A stretch of 64,000 nt of DNA, taken from a virus. Both the position numbers and the translations under genes were made by a program. Shown here piece after piece: positions 9,621 through 19,976 of the stretch (its first letter is position 1; every line of letters begins with the position of its first letter). Below the pieces are notes generated by a model. It was given only the letters and a program-made list of their open reading frames with translations, did not search any database and was not told the origin of the DNA. The stretch lies in IMG/VR virus record IMGVR_UViG_3300021356_000007, positions 1 to 64,000 of that record; one strand, written 5' to 3'.

Positions 9621-10024
9621 TATTCTTCATCTCCTGTTTCTGTTTCTTCTACTGGGGCTTCTGCCTCTTCGACTTCTACTACAGGCTCAGGGGCTGGAGG
9701 ATTTAGTGTTTGCCCTACCAAAGCCAGTAGTTTGGCTTTTGTAGTGTAACCACTGAACTCTGCACCCTTTTCTGTGAGCCATGCGCTGATGTCTTTCTTA
9801 GTCCAGCCTTCATCAGGTATTCCGTCTCCGCCTTCGTCAACAGTGACTTCAGCCTCAGCGTCTCCTTCTACGATGTATACCCAAGGTCTTGTACAGATTT
9901 TTTGTCTGTATGTGTTAAGCCACTCTTGAGTTACTTCAACTGGAACTTTCTTAGGCCAAAGCCTCTTAGAGCCGTCAGGCATTTTACGGTATACCGTAGT
10001 ACCTATGTAAGTTACTGTAGGCAA
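9620..10024 (-). CDS. HeH/LEM-like (Rho-N-like) domain protein
   Basis: WTKKDISAWLTEKG...TTKAKLLALV helix-extension-helix motif; such genes commonly follow MCP genes. Confidence 0.6.
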   Translation of the reverse strand: MPTVTYIGTTVYRKMPDGSKRLWPKKVPVEVTQEWLNTYRQKICTRPWVYIVEGDAEAEVTVDEGGDGIPDEGWTKKDISAWLTEKGAEFSGYTTKAKLLALVGQTLNPPAPEPVVEVEEAEAPVEETETGDEE

Positions 10025-10035
10025 GGTTATTCACC

Positions 10036-10443
10036 TCACGAAACAATCATCCACAGTGTTACTAGAGCGTCAGGTGAACCGACTACTGTAAATTGTGCAA
10101 CCCCGTTAGTGATATTCTTCAAAGAGACACCTGCTGCTGCTACGCTGGTGTTACCAACGATAACTGCGTGGATAGTGTCTGCACCTCCGCTAAGAGTAAT
10201 GGTTTCATCATCTACCAGTGCAGTAGTTAATTTTCCTGTTACTAACTTCAGACCTCTGCCTGCTGTGTTTGTTGTATCGTCATTAGTTGGTAAGAATGGG
10301 TTCAAACTGCCCGGATAATCTCCCGATGCACCCTTTGCACCATCCAACCAACGAGTGCTGTCAACCAATGCACCTGCGTATAGTTCCAAATTCAAACTCT
10401 CTGTGAAGACTGCGCTTCCTGATGTTGTGTATGTAATTGTCAT
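10036..10443 (-). CDS. Putative capsid cement/decoration protein
   Basis: Immediately downstream of MCP, GGAGATG SD, beta-rich. Confidence 0.55.
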   Translation of the reverse strand: MTITYTTSGSAVFTESLNLELYAGALVDSTRWLDGAKGASGDYPGSLNPFLPTNDDTTNTAGRGLKLVTGKLTTALVDDETITLSGGADTIHAVIVGNTSVAAAGVSLKNITNGVAQFTVVGSPDALVTLWMIVS

Positions 10444-10477
10444 AATTCTTCATCTCCTTAATTTTCTCCAAAGAACC

Positions 10478-11605
10478 TCACTTAAGGTCACGGATAGAAC
10501 CTTGACCTCCAAAGAAAGTTGTCCAAACTTCACCCATAGTTCTGTAAAGTCCCTCTTGACCCAATCTGTTGATTGCGAATGGGTCGCCAGTTTCGATACC
10601 ACTCTCAAAGTATTGAGTAGGTTTAGCAGTGGAGAAGTAAACATAGTCTGTGTCTAGCATGTAGATTCTGCTTAGAGTGTCACTTGCCATCTCCTTGGTA
10701 GGGATGATTGGAACACCGTTGTAAGTTGCTACGATGAATCCGGCTTCAACACCCGGAACACCCTTTACACCGTTGAATGTAGGAACAACTCTCTTTTCTT
10801 CCATGAATCTTTGTTGTGCTTGTAGAAGTTGTTGGATTCTCATTAGAGTATCGTAACCAGTTAGCATAACCTTTGGATTACCTCCTCTTTCCCAAATTAG
10901 TCTGAATGTCTCATCTAAGTGGTCGAGAGATAGAACTCTGTCAGTAGAACCTGAGTCAGCAGAGTCTTCACCGAAAGACCATGTGTTAGCACTTCTGTCG
11001 ATGGAGTAAATGTCTTCATCGTTAGTATCGTAGTGTGTACCTGATGCCATGCTGTTGTTACCAGTGGTGATTCTGTCAAGAGACTCGATGTCGTTACCAG
11101 CAACAGTTGTAACATCCTCAGTTAGCATGTCGTTGATGTGCTCTGCGTGGTGCTTACCCATTTCTTCTTTTAGAACTGAACGAATGTCACCTAGACCGTC
11201 ATCCTTGTCGTTAAGGAAGATAGCAACTTCAGACATATCGAATGAGTGTGCAATGGTCTTTGGCTTTGCTGCAACATTTTGGAATGTTGGTTTTGTTGTG
11301 TCAGGTAGTGTACCGTTCTCAGCAATACCGCCACCAACTGTCTTAGAAGGTTTAGCGGTTACAACTCTCCATCCACTTCTGTCCCAAGGCTTCTTAGGTA
11401 GAATTGAAAATGCGTTGAATTCTTGGTTTAGTTGAGACCATACTTTTCTACCGTAGATTGCTTGGTATGTACCAGCAGTAGTAGACAGCAATGGTGCGTC
11501 AGCCTTCAGTAATTCGCTACCACTGTATGAGTAGCCCATGCTTGAGCCTGCACCGTAGTAGTATCTCTCCATATCGTTAATTGTTCTCATGTAGTTTCTT
11601 GCCAT
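10478..11605 (-). CDS. Major capsid protein (HK97 fold)
   Basis: 375 aa after protease/scaffold; GGGIAENGTLP...PKTIAHSFDMSE, MGKHHAEHINDML, VATYNGVPII motifs; GGAGG SD; probable propeptide ending ELLK/ADAP. Confidence 0.9.
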   Translation of the reverse strand: MARNYMRTINDMERYYYGAGSSMGYSYSGSELLKADAPLLSTTAGTYQAIYGRKVWSQLNQEFNAFSILPKKPWDRSGWRVVTAKPSKTVGGGIAENGTLPDTTKPTFQNVAAKPKTIAHSFDMSEVAIFLNDKDDGLGDIRSVLKEEMGKHHAEHINDMLTEDVTTVAGNDIESLDRITTGNNSMASGTHYDTNDEDIYSIDRSANTWSFGEDSADSGSTDRVLSLDHLDETFRLIWERGGNPKVMLTGYDTLMRIQQLLQAQQRFMEEKRVVPTFNGVKGVPGVEAGFIVATYNGVPIIPTKEMASDTLSRIYMLDTDYVYFSTAKPTQYFESGIETGDPFAINRLGQEGLYRTMGEVWTTFFGGQGSIRDLK

Positions 11606-11617
11606 ACTTATTCCTCC

Positions 11618-13012
11618 TTATTGGTTGAAAACACTGCCAGCCAGTCTGTGAACTTCACTCCAGTCCATGTTTCCTAATGCTTCTGTTGATGGTATTTCAA
11701 CAGTGGAGACAGATTTCTTAATTTCTCCACCGGATGGTGCAGAGTTAATGTTGTCGATTCTTGCACTCAAGTCAGACAATGCTTTCTCGATGTTTGCAAG
11801 TGGTGTTCTAGCGTCAAATGCTTGTGCTGCTTTTGCCTCAGCCTCTGCGCTCATTTCCTTGGCTAGTCTGTCAGCAAAGACAGTTCCAAGATTGGATTTG
11901 AATTGTTCTTCTAGGGAAGCAGCCTTGTAAACTTCGTATGCTGCTTCTAGGTCAGCAGGGCTAACTGAGTCAGGAGACAAGTAGTCTCCCTTTGCTACAG
12001 TTCCGCCACTGTTGGAATTTAGTTTTCCAATAGCGTTAGTAGATGGTGAACCACCTTCTTGTGCTCTGCCTTTTACTTGTCCTGCGAAGTAGTCTGCACC
12101 ATCGCCAATTTGCTCAGGTGTAGAACCAAGGTTAGCCTTGGACAGTTGGTCGAAGTGCGCTCTTGCACCACCGATGTCAACTCCTTGAGATTTCAAGGTG
12201 TTTTCCATCCAGTTTAGGTAGTCAGTTGTGATTACATCGCTGTACTCACTCTTTGCATACATTCCTTCTTTCTTGTCTTCTTCAGCCATTTCTTTCCCCT
12301 CGTCTTCTTCTTTCTCAGGTTTCTTTTCTTCTTTCTTATCAGCCATGTGCTCTTTCAAGCCTTCAGGCATTTCGCCCTTTTCCATAGCGTCAAGTCGCCC
12401 ATTTAGCCTGTCCAAAGTGCTGGACAATTCGCCTAATACATTATCGTCACTCATGTTTGTGTCCTCCTTCAATATACGGAATGTCGCCTCCGGGTTAATA
12501 CCTTTCTCGCAAATAGTCACTTCATGAAGTTCCAGTTTGGAGATTTCTGTGTAGTCGCCATGTTGTTGGTCGCTCTTACGCATTCTCTTGAATGCTTGTC
12601 CTCCGATACTGAAGCCTCTTAGTGCCCCCTTGCGAATTTCACTGGCAACTTCTCTTGCCTTTTCGATGTCATCTCTTAATTGGATAACAACGAACATTCC
12701 AGCATCATCAACGCCGGACTTCCAAACACGACCATCAGAGTCAGTGTAGGAAGGTATTACTTGTCCAACTTGTATGTTAGAGTGTGCTAGTTGTACATTT
12801 CTAAAGCCATCTGCTTTCATGAATCCATCGAAAGCATCTTTTAGAGCCCCTCTTGTAATTAGGTCTCCTTGTTTGTCTACCATTTCTACAGATGCATAAC
12901 CTGCGATTACGAGGTCATTTGCTGCCTTGACAATACTGATGCTTCCGCTGTGTTGAACAGGGGAAGTTCGCAGTGTCAATCCGGTAGGCATTACCCCTCT
13001 CACACTTGTCAT
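11618..13012 (-). CDS. Prohead protease fused to scaffold (start may be ATG 12991)
   Basis: IAGYASVEMVDKQGDLI, QLAHSNIQVG (His), LRGFSIGG (Ser), LHEVTICEKGINPEA; charged coiled-coil C-terminal half. Confidence 0.9.
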   Translation of the reverse strand: MTSVRGVMPTGLTLRTSPVQHSGSISIVKAANDLVIAGYASVEMVDKQGDLITRGALKDAFDGFMKADGFRNVQLAHSNIQVGQVIPSYTDSDGRVWKSGVDDAGMFVVIQLRDDIEKAREVASEIRKGALRGFSIGGQAFKRMRKSDQQHGDYTEISKLELHEVTICEKGINPEATFRILKEDTNMSDDNVLGELSSTLDRLNGRLDAMEKGEMPEGLKEHMADKKEEKKPEKEEDEGKEMAEEDKKEGMYAKSEYSDVITTDYLNWMENTLKSQGVDIGGARAHFDQLSKANLGSTPEQIGDGADYFAGQVKGRAQEGGSPSTNAIGKLNSNSGGTVAKGDYLSPDSVSPADLEAAYEVYKAASLEEQFKSNLGTVFADRLAKEMSAEAEAKAAQAFDARTPLANIEKALSDLSARIDNINSAPSGGEIKKSVSTVEIPSTEALGNMDWSEVHRLAGSVFNQ

Positions 13013-13021
13013 ACTATTTAA

Positions 13022-16000
13022 TCAGGTATGGAACACGGCTTTGTCTGAAGTTATCTCTAAAGTACCCTCTTCAGTAGGGATTGTAATATTCTTTTCATCC
13101 TCGCTGTCCTTCGATTTTGGTTCAATGTAAGAATCTTCACCGGGTCGCTTTCTGTTGTCAAAGTCGGGCATTGTCTTCTCATCGTGCAAGTTAGTAGGTC
13201 CAAGTGGGGATTCTACAGGAGTAGCATAATCAATTCCTAGTCCCTTTGCACCTGCATTAGAACCTCCTACAGAACCAGCACCACTCTTCAAGAATCTATC
13301 AATCAGCATCAATCCCTTGACGAGTATTTTCTTTTTCTCTTTCTCTTTCCACCAATTTGTGCCTTCTTCTTTGTGAGGTTCAATAAGTGGTTCTGCATCT
13401 CCTTGTGACTCATGTACCTCTTCTTTTTCTGTGATGTGTAAGTTAGCCTTGAGCATAGCACCTGCTATTGGACTCCAGTATTGTCTCTGACTTTCTGCTA
13501 ACCTAACTAGATACTTACTGTCAGCCAAAGGTGAATGAACAGTCCACATACTACCTGTCTGTGTACACTTGTAGAGTACATCACCTTGAGGCATGACTAC
13601 TCTAACTCCTGACTTAGCCCTATGAACTTCGCATAGCCACTGGTCTTCAGACTTAGCAAGCAGACCAAGTGTCTCTCTACTAACAAGACCTTCGCCCTCT
13701 GCTTCTCCTAATATCTTAGAAGCAGTCAAAGTATAAACATCGTCACCGCCAGTAGTTTCAACTTTACTGACATTGGCAGCATTAACCATTACATGGTCGC
13801 CTTCATTGTATTTTTCTTCACTGTTGAATGCCACCCCTACATCCATGTAGATTTCACCGTCAGACTCTACAGCCCTATTACCTATCTCTTCTTCTCTTGT
13901 TATTGGACCTGTGCCTAGCCTGTATGTGTACGGACCACTGCCTCTACGCTCTAGTACTCTCAGCACTACATCGTTACCCGGTTTCAGCATAACCCACTTA
14001 GGGTGTCTGAGTTCGCCAACCATGTATACTGACTTAGCATCTCTAAGTAGTAAATTCTCATGCGTTTCGCTTAAATTTTCGACAATGGCTTTGAGGCCTT
14101 CATCATCTGTCAGTCTCGTATCGCTTGCACTTGGAACATGTATATTCTCTACTCCTTCCAAAGCACCTCTTACTATTTTGATACGGTCATTCAATACGAC
14201 ATCGTGGACTTCCTTTTCAGCAAACTCTATGACATCAAAGATGTAGTAGCCCTCTTCTGTCTTGATTACATCAGCAGTAAAGTCTTCATCAGTCACTTTC
14301 TTGAAGTTCTCTTTGTCTTCATCACTCAAATCAAATGTCTTGGAAGATACTTCGTCATCTTCTTTCTTGACAAACCCACGCTCGCCTTCAGGCATGTGGG
14401 ACACTATCCAGTCACCTGTAAAACCTCTCAACTCTTCCAAGTCATCTAGTTCAAAGATACGATGCATTGGTTGTAAGATAGGGACTTCGCTACCCAATTC
14501 TTTTCTGAGAATGTCAGGGTTAGTCAAATCAGCCAAACCTATGTCCGACTTCCTTACGCTGTGTACATCCGTGTTTCTCGCTATACCAAATCGCCCCGGT
14601 CTATCATTTGCAGCCATTCTGTCAGGTCTTAATAAAAGTTGACGAGACTGTTCATGGTCGGGATGTCTAAGCATTTCTAGCCACTCAGGTGGGGCTACTG
14701 CATCCCAAAACTTTCCTAAAATGTTGACAAGTGGCTGCTTGTTACTTTCGCCTTCTGCTACTGGTACAACATTGACATTACCATTTCTTGATATTTTGAA
14801 TTTGAAATTAGGTTCGAAGAAGTCACCGAACTCATGTCTGTAGCCAGCAGAATTGTACAGGCTGTGAACTGAGTGAGTGTGAGGACTAAATTGGTCTGCT
14901 GGCACTGCGGTAAAGGCATCAACTGTTTCTTTGACTTTTGCAGGGGGCTCTATTTCAGGGAAGCCTACTATTAGAGAATCCAAGTACTGCTTAGTATTCC
15001 AGTACCTACTGTGATGCTTGTTCTTGTGTTTACTCTGTGCCGTCTTCTTCCTATCATAGAGGGGTTGCCCTTCGTCAGTCAACTCTCTTACTCTACGGTC
15101 ATCCTCGTTGTAGGCATTTTGGTAATGTACGCCGAGTCTTTCATTGAGGTGACTGAAAGCAGGGTTGGTGATTCTTCTTGTCATACCTTGAACTATGTTA
15201 GCAAACTCATCATCTCTGCTAGTTTTGTGATGGTGTCTTACCTTTTCATGTCTACCATCTATATCCATCTCAGGGTCTGTAGCCTGCAAATACTGCCTCA
15301 TTGTCATAATCGGCATTTTGTAATCCATACCATATTGCTCGAATCTAGGTTGGAAAACATCTTTGATTAAATCGTGTAGATTTTTCTGATGTGGTATACT
15401 CTCAGGGTCCAACCCTAGTTTTTCTAACGCAGTAGGCATGTCAAGTATATCGGCTATATTGAACTCAGTACCTTTTTCGTGAACCATCCTTTTCATGTTA
15501 GCCATGTCGTCAACTTTAGTTTGGTTACCAGTTTGGTCTATACGGGCGTGACCCTTGGTGTAAATACCGTGTTGTTCGTGTGGCACTTTCAGCAAGTAGT
15601 CATTAGCCATGTTAGCAAACATTCTCATGTTAGCCTCAGCAGTTTCGTGGTCTAAATTAGGATTGAAAATGTAATCGTGTACTTCAGGTGCTGTGTTAGC
15701 CAGCATTTGTTTCAGATGGACCATAGCACTCTTGATAGCGTCAGTATCTGCTCTCAGTTTGTTTTCTAATATGGTGTCATGACCTTGTTTAGAATATCTT
15801 AGTCCTTTAGTAGAAAGCGGGTCAATTTTGTCTTCTAGTTCATCTAATAATCTTTGCTTATCCGCTATCAATTTGTGAACTTTAAACTCGTCCTCACCAC
15901 TCAAACCCCCTTCTTCTAGTTGAGCCTCAAGCATACTTATGTTCGCTATTTCTTCTTCGTACAAAGCAAGTTCATCACTTGGAGGTCTAGCCTCGGATAT

Positions 16001-18811
16001 TTGACGAGTTACAGAACCAGCAGGATTTAGAGTAGGTTCTACACCAAATTCCTTAGTAGGACTGTGTCCTGCTAATCCAAATCTATTGTCAAGACGCTCT
16101 AGCCTTCGATTATATTCATTTACTACTCTGTCGATTTCTTCTCTCTTCCTATCTTCGTCAGGCACAGCATTAGCCCTTGACATGGCTGATTCGTAATCCC
16201 TTTCGATTTTGTCTAACTCTGTTTGTTTAACTTCCTCTATATCCCCTTGCCTAACAGGGCTATACCTAAGTTGTAAAATCTTGTCCAGTGGGTTTTCACC
16301 TCCTACAGTATGTTTGGCTCTAGGATTCTTTAGATTCATCACATCCTGCTGAGGGTACATAGGATTCATCCTCATACCAAGTTTAGTACCTATAGTATGA
16401 TAGGAATGAGTTCTATGACTTTGCATAGGTTCAGGATTAAGAGCCCCACCTCTACCTGTGTAAGAATGTGCTACTCTCAAAACACCGTTACCTTGTAATT
16501 TCTTGTGAGCCCTGTCTGCCTTATTACTATCCCCTGACCTTCTCGCTGCGTGGTAATCATCGTGAACCATGTTGTTAAACGCAGAATCTACAGTTTGAGC
16601 ATGTCTAGCATAGTGGGCGTTTTGACCTCCGCTACCCTTGACACTACTTGACATGATGACATTGTGAGGTTTGAGATTCTGAGGTGCATCAAGTGGGCTA
16701 CCTCTAACAGTAGTAGTGATAAGTTTACCACTGCCCTTTTCTTTCTGTTGACTCATGCTCATTTCTCTTTGACCGAATGGTGCAAGTGCATTGAGAACTT
16801 TGTAATCGTCAGCCGATTGTATAGCACCTGTTTGTAAATCGTAATCGTGTCTAGGCTCTATTTGGGCTCTAGTCCTTGAAAACCAAAGGCTGTTTTCTTT
16901 GGGACTAAAGATACTACCTTTGTATCTACCCTCTATATCTTGTTCGAATTCTGAACCTAATTCTGACCTTACATATTCTTCTAATTCTTCATCAGGTACT
17001 AAACCTTTGAACCTATCTTTCAGTTCCTCTAGTTTGTCTGCCCTTTCCTTGTCCTCTTTTTCACTGTAAAGTAAACTGTGATGGTGTATCAAATTGTACA
17101 AGTCGTTGGCATCTTTACCAAGCCCTCCGTGACCCTTGAATGGCTTTTGCCAGTGAGTCGCAAGTGTCTCGTGGTCGTCTAGGTAATCGTAATGGTCGGG
17201 ATGCATAGCATAACCATAATGTATAGAGGAATGGTTCTGAGCCATTCTGCCAGCATTAGCCACACGCATAGACTCAGTTTTCCTAGCATCCATTATCGAA
17301 TCCACTTCTTCTTGTGTGAACTCGCCTCCATCCCAAAGTTGTCCGTAAAACGGATGTTGACCTTTAGGATAGATGTTACCGTCAGGGTCCAGTCCTAACA
17401 TAAATCTCAAAGCGTTGTAATTAGGGTAGTAATCCTCTCTTTGGTCTTTAACCATATCATGCCTAAGCATGGAATCAATACCGTGATTATCAGGGGAATA
17501 ATCTATCTGAGGTACTTGTCTTTCAGTAAGAGGTTCGTAACGACCTGCACTATTAGTAGCGTAGTGGTGCTGTTCCATCATTTTGTTGAAATGAGCCACA
17601 GACCTCTGCCAAGCGTTTTTGTCTTTACCCATAGGCTGATGATTTAGTAACGCTTCATAGTTGAAACCGGGCGAAGGCTCATCCCCCTCTTCTGACATAC
17701 CTATAGGTGTGATGAGCATACCATGTCCCGGTCTGTCAGGGTCTCTTGTCCAGTGGTCGTGAAGTCCTGAAAACCTCTGTTGGATATTTCTGATAACCCT
17801 AGGTATCAAATTAGGGTTACCTGAGTACCTATCTACTCTGAACATCCTGTCAGGATTGTAGCCGTTTTCTTGTACATGTCTATAGAATCTGTCTTTTTCT
17901 TCAGGGGTAAACCACTCTAATCCATGAAAGTAGTCCATGAACCCTAAGTTCTCTTTCCAGTATTGCTTCTTTTCATTGATGTGAGCCAACTTGATAGCGT
18001 GGTCTATTTCTTCATCACTCCTACCTTCTTGCTTCATTTGATTAGTGATTTCATCCACCTTAGATGTGTTGTCACCTAGCCAATTTTGATAATCTCTAAG
18101 ATAGAAAGCATGGTTAGTTGCACCCATCACATTACCTGACAAATCTTCGTCAACTGCTAATTGACCGTAGTGAAATTGATTTCTCAAAAAGTCGTGCTGT
18201 TTGTCATCTCTAACCCAGTTTTCCCACCTTGCCTCTTTATGATGGTCCTTTTCGCTTTGAGATGTAGCGGTGTGGTCTGTAGGGTGTACATAGAAGTCAC
18301 CCACTATATTGTGGTACTCACCATGTAAGGGATTCAAGTCAGAGCCTAGATAATCGTGGTCTGCATAAACATCATGCGGGTCTTGATTGTTAGGTTCTAA
18401 TTTCCAAGGAAGCCCTGCTACAGTTTGTCCCATAGGTGGAGGGGTTATTCTGTGTTCCTGATAACTAGGATTATCACTCAACTCCATACCACTGCCAAAC
18501 CTAAGCATGTCAGACATTTGTGCTTCATCGAGTCCTTGTGCCGATTCAAAGCCTTGTCCCTCTGTACTCAAATCGTAATTACCTGAAGGACCTGTGACTT
18601 CTTGGCTCTTCATAAGAAGAACAGAGTTGAACATTTTCAGAAGGGCTTGGTCTTCTTGACTAAGAACATATCCTCTCCTTTCTGCACTAATTGCTGAGAA
18701 ATAAAACTCAGCACCAGCGTCTAATTTACCTATGCCGTCATTAAGAGACTTTACGAATGTAGAACGGTGTCTATCGAGCGTATCTAATGGCCCTTCTCTC
18801 ATCAGCATCAC
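13022..18811 (-). CDS. Very large head-module protein with a C-terminal degenerate ATP-dependent DNA ligase-like (adenylation + OB) region
   Basis: WIVSHMPEGER (motif I-like), YYIFDVIEF...LNDRIKIV (IIIa), ENLLLRDAKSVYMVG...KWVMLKP (IV/V-like); His-rich unknown N-terminal ~1400 aa. Confidence 0.75.
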   Translation of the reverse strand: MMLMREGPLDTLDRHRSTFVKSLNDGIGKLDAGAEFYFSAISAERRGYVLSQEDQALLKMFNSVLLMKSQEVTGPSGNYDLSTEGQGFESAQGLDEAQMSDMLRFGSGMELSDNPSYQEHRITPPPMGQTVAGLPWKLEPNNQDPHDVYADHDYLGSDLNPLHGEYHNIVGDFYVHPTDHTATSQSEKDHHKEARWENWVRDDKQHDFLRNQFHYGQLAVDEDLSGNVMGATNHAFYLRDYQNWLGDNTSKVDEITNQMKQEGRSDEEIDHAIKLAHINEKKQYWKENLGFMDYFHGLEWFTPEEKDRFYRHVQENGYNPDRMFRVDRYSGNPNLIPRVIRNIQQRFSGLHDHWTRDPDRPGHGMLITPIGMSEEGDEPSPGFNYEALLNHQPMGKDKNAWQRSVAHFNKMMEQHHYATNSAGRYEPLTERQVPQIDYSPDNHGIDSMLRHDMVKDQREDYYPNYNALRFMLGLDPDGNIYPKGQHPFYGQLWDGGEFTQEEVDSIMDARKTESMRVANAGRMAQNHSSIHYGYAMHPDHYDYLDDHETLATHWQKPFKGHGGLGKDANDLYNLIHHHSLLYSEKEDKERADKLEELKDRFKGLVPDEELEEYVRSELGSEFEQDIEGRYKGSIFSPKENSLWFSRTRAQIEPRHDYDLQTGAIQSADDYKVLNALAPFGQREMSMSQQKEKGSGKLITTTVRGSPLDAPQNLKPHNVIMSSSVKGSGGQNAHYARHAQTVDSAFNNMVHDDYHAARRSGDSNKADRAHKKLQGNGVLRVAHSYTGRGGALNPEPMQSHRTHSYHTIGTKLGMRMNPMYPQQDVMNLKNPRAKHTVGGENPLDKILQLRYSPVRQGDIEEVKQTELDKIERDYESAMSRANAVPDEDRKREEIDRVVNEYNRRLERLDNRFGLAGHSPTKEFGVEPTLNPAGSVTRQISEARPPSDELALYEEEIANISMLEAQLEEGGLSGEDEFKVHKLIADKQRLLDELEDKIDPLSTKGLRYSKQGHDTILENKLRADTDAIKSAMVHLKQMLANTAPEVHDYIFNPNLDHETAEANMRMFANMANDYLLKVPHEQHGIYTKGHARIDQTGNQTKVDDMANMKRMVHEKGTEFNIADILDMPTALEKLGLDPESIPHQKNLHDLIKDVFQPRFEQYGMDYKMPIMTMRQYLQATDPEMDIDGRHEKVRHHHKTSRDDEFANIVQGMTRRITNPAFSHLNERLGVHYQNAYNEDDRRVRELTDEGQPLYDRKKTAQSKHKNKHHSRYWNTKQYLDSLIVGFPEIEPPAKVKETVDAFTAVPADQFSPHTHSVHSLYNSAGYRHEFGDFFEPNFKFKISRNGNVNVVPVAEGESNKQPLVNILGKFWDAVAPPEWLEMLRHPDHEQSRQLLLRPDRMAANDRPGRFGIARNTDVHSVRKSDIGLADLTNPDILRKELGSEVPILQPMHRIFELDDLEELRGFTGDWIVSHMPEGERGFVKKEDDEVSSKTFDLSDEDKENFKKVTDEDFTADVIKTEEGYYIFDVIEFAEKEVHDVVLNDRIKIVRGALEGVENIHVPSASDTRLTDDEGLKAIVENLSETHENLLLRDAKSVYMVGELRHPKWVMLKPGNDVVLRVLERRGSGPYTYRLGTGPITREEEIGNRAVESDGEIYMDVGVAFNSEEKYNEGDHVMVNAANVSKVETTGGDDVYTLTASKILGEAEGEGLVSRETLGLLAKSEDQWLCEVHRAKSGVRVVMPQGDVLYKCTQTGSMWTVHSPLADSKYLVRLAESQRQYWSPIAGAMLKANLHITEKEEVHESQGDAEPLIEPHKEEGTNWWKEKEKKKILVKGLMLIDRFLKSGAGSVGGSNAGAKGLGIDYATPVESPLGPTNLHDEKTMPDFDNRKRPGEDSYIEPKSKDSEDEKNITIPTEEGTLEITSDKAVFHT

Positions 18812-18818
18812 CAGCCGT

Positions 18819-19211
18819 TCAAATCAGACGGCTGGAGATTCGGTCAACGGACTTCTTCAAATCGCTCATCTTAGGCCCGTCACCGCCTTTGAAGTTTTCA
18901 AGCGCACCAGTTGTGCTAAATGCTGTAGGATAGTAAGGGGATGTTTGAGTCAGAATGTTACTGTTTTCAGAGATTGCACCCTTGTTGGCTACATCCTCTA
19001 CATTAGGAACTGCGTTGTTAGTGTTATAGAAAGCGTTAGGAATACCCGATGGTTGAATCTCAAACCTTGCATGTCCTACATCTGACCCTTCTTCTTGACC
19101 TGAGTAATCAGGCATACTACCTTCTTTCTTAGCGATTCTGTCCTCAAGGGCTTTCGCTGCTTTCAATAGTTCGTATGCTTTATCATTTGCTTGCTCAAAT
19201 CTAGGTTTCAT
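18819..19211 (-). CDS. Hypothetical head-module protein (start reassigned to MKPRF)
   Basis: GGAGTGA SD before ATG 19211; avoids long overlap with upstream ORF. Confidence 0.6.
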   Translation of the reverse strand: MKPRFEQANDKAYELLKAAKALEDRIAKKEGSMPDYSGQEEGSDVGHARFEIQPSGIPNAFYNTNNAVPNVEDVANKGAISENSNILTQTSPYYPTAFSTTGALENFKGGDGPKMSDLKKSVDRISSRLI

Positions 19212-19215
19212 GTTA

Positions 19216-19593
19216 TCACTCCATTCCCATTTGGTTGCCGACAGAGCCCACTTCTTTGGCTTGTTCAGCCAGTGCGTGAATCTCGGACCAATCCATTTTA
19301 TGGAACTCGGCATTGGTTTGAGGCATATCTAAGTCACTACCGTCTTGTGCTTTCAAGACCATAGCATCAGGTACATCGCCTCTGAATCCATCAACCAGTA
19401 CATCTTCAGGTCTTTGTGTTGTTACAGACACAAAGCCTGCTTTCTTTAGCATGGCTGTTGGATTGGAAATCATTTTTCTTAGTTCTCTGTTCTCGGCTTC
19501 TAGGTTTTTCAAACCTGCATCCATTGACTCCATCTTTGTAATCAATGCACTCATCAAGCGTTCTGCGACATTACTCTCTCTTTCTTCTGTCAC
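19216..19593 (-). CDS. Small scaffold-like coiled-coil protein
   Basis: GAGGTGA SD + GTG; heptad coiled coil; MDWSEIHALA motif shared with scaffold C-terminus. Confidence 0.65.
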   Translation of the reverse strand: MTEERESNVAERLMSALITKMESMDAGLKNLEAENRELRKMISNPTAMLKKAGFVSVTTQRPEDVLVDGFRGDVPDAMVLKAQDGSDLDMPQTNAEFHKMDWSEIHALAEQAKEVGSVGNQMGME

Positions 19594-19604
19594 TTACGCT
19601 CACC

Positions 19605-19946
19605 TCACAGAGTTCTGTTGTTCAACCTTCTGTTAATGTTACCGAACCTACTGGTTCTGATTGTCCCCGGTAGAACATTGGTAGTAGCAGTGTGAACGGT
19701 TTGTACTTCAGACATTTTCTTGATTGGCACTCCACCTGCGTAGATGTCATTGACACCGATTGCGTTATCTGATTTGATAACGGTAGCCTCAATATCCTTA
19801 CTCATGTAGTCTGCGTACTTTATTATTTCATTGATGTGAGTCCTTGCAGTGAGCCCATCTTGGCTCTCAAGAGCCTTGTAAAACTCATCCACATGAGAGC
19901 GCATTTTTCTAGCCATCGGGTCTAATTTCTTCAAGTCCATTGCCAA
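19605..19946 (-). CDS. Hypothetical head-module protein
   Basis: 113-aa ORF downstream of portal. Confidence 0.6.
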   Translation of the reverse strand: MAMDLKKLDPMARKMRSHVDEFYKALESQDGLTARTHINEIIKYADYMSKDIEATVIKSDNAIGVNDIYAGGVPIKKMSEVQTVHTATTNVLPGTIRTSRFGNINRRLNNRTL

Positions 19947-19976
19947 TCCCCACTACTTCACTTATCTTTAATGTTC

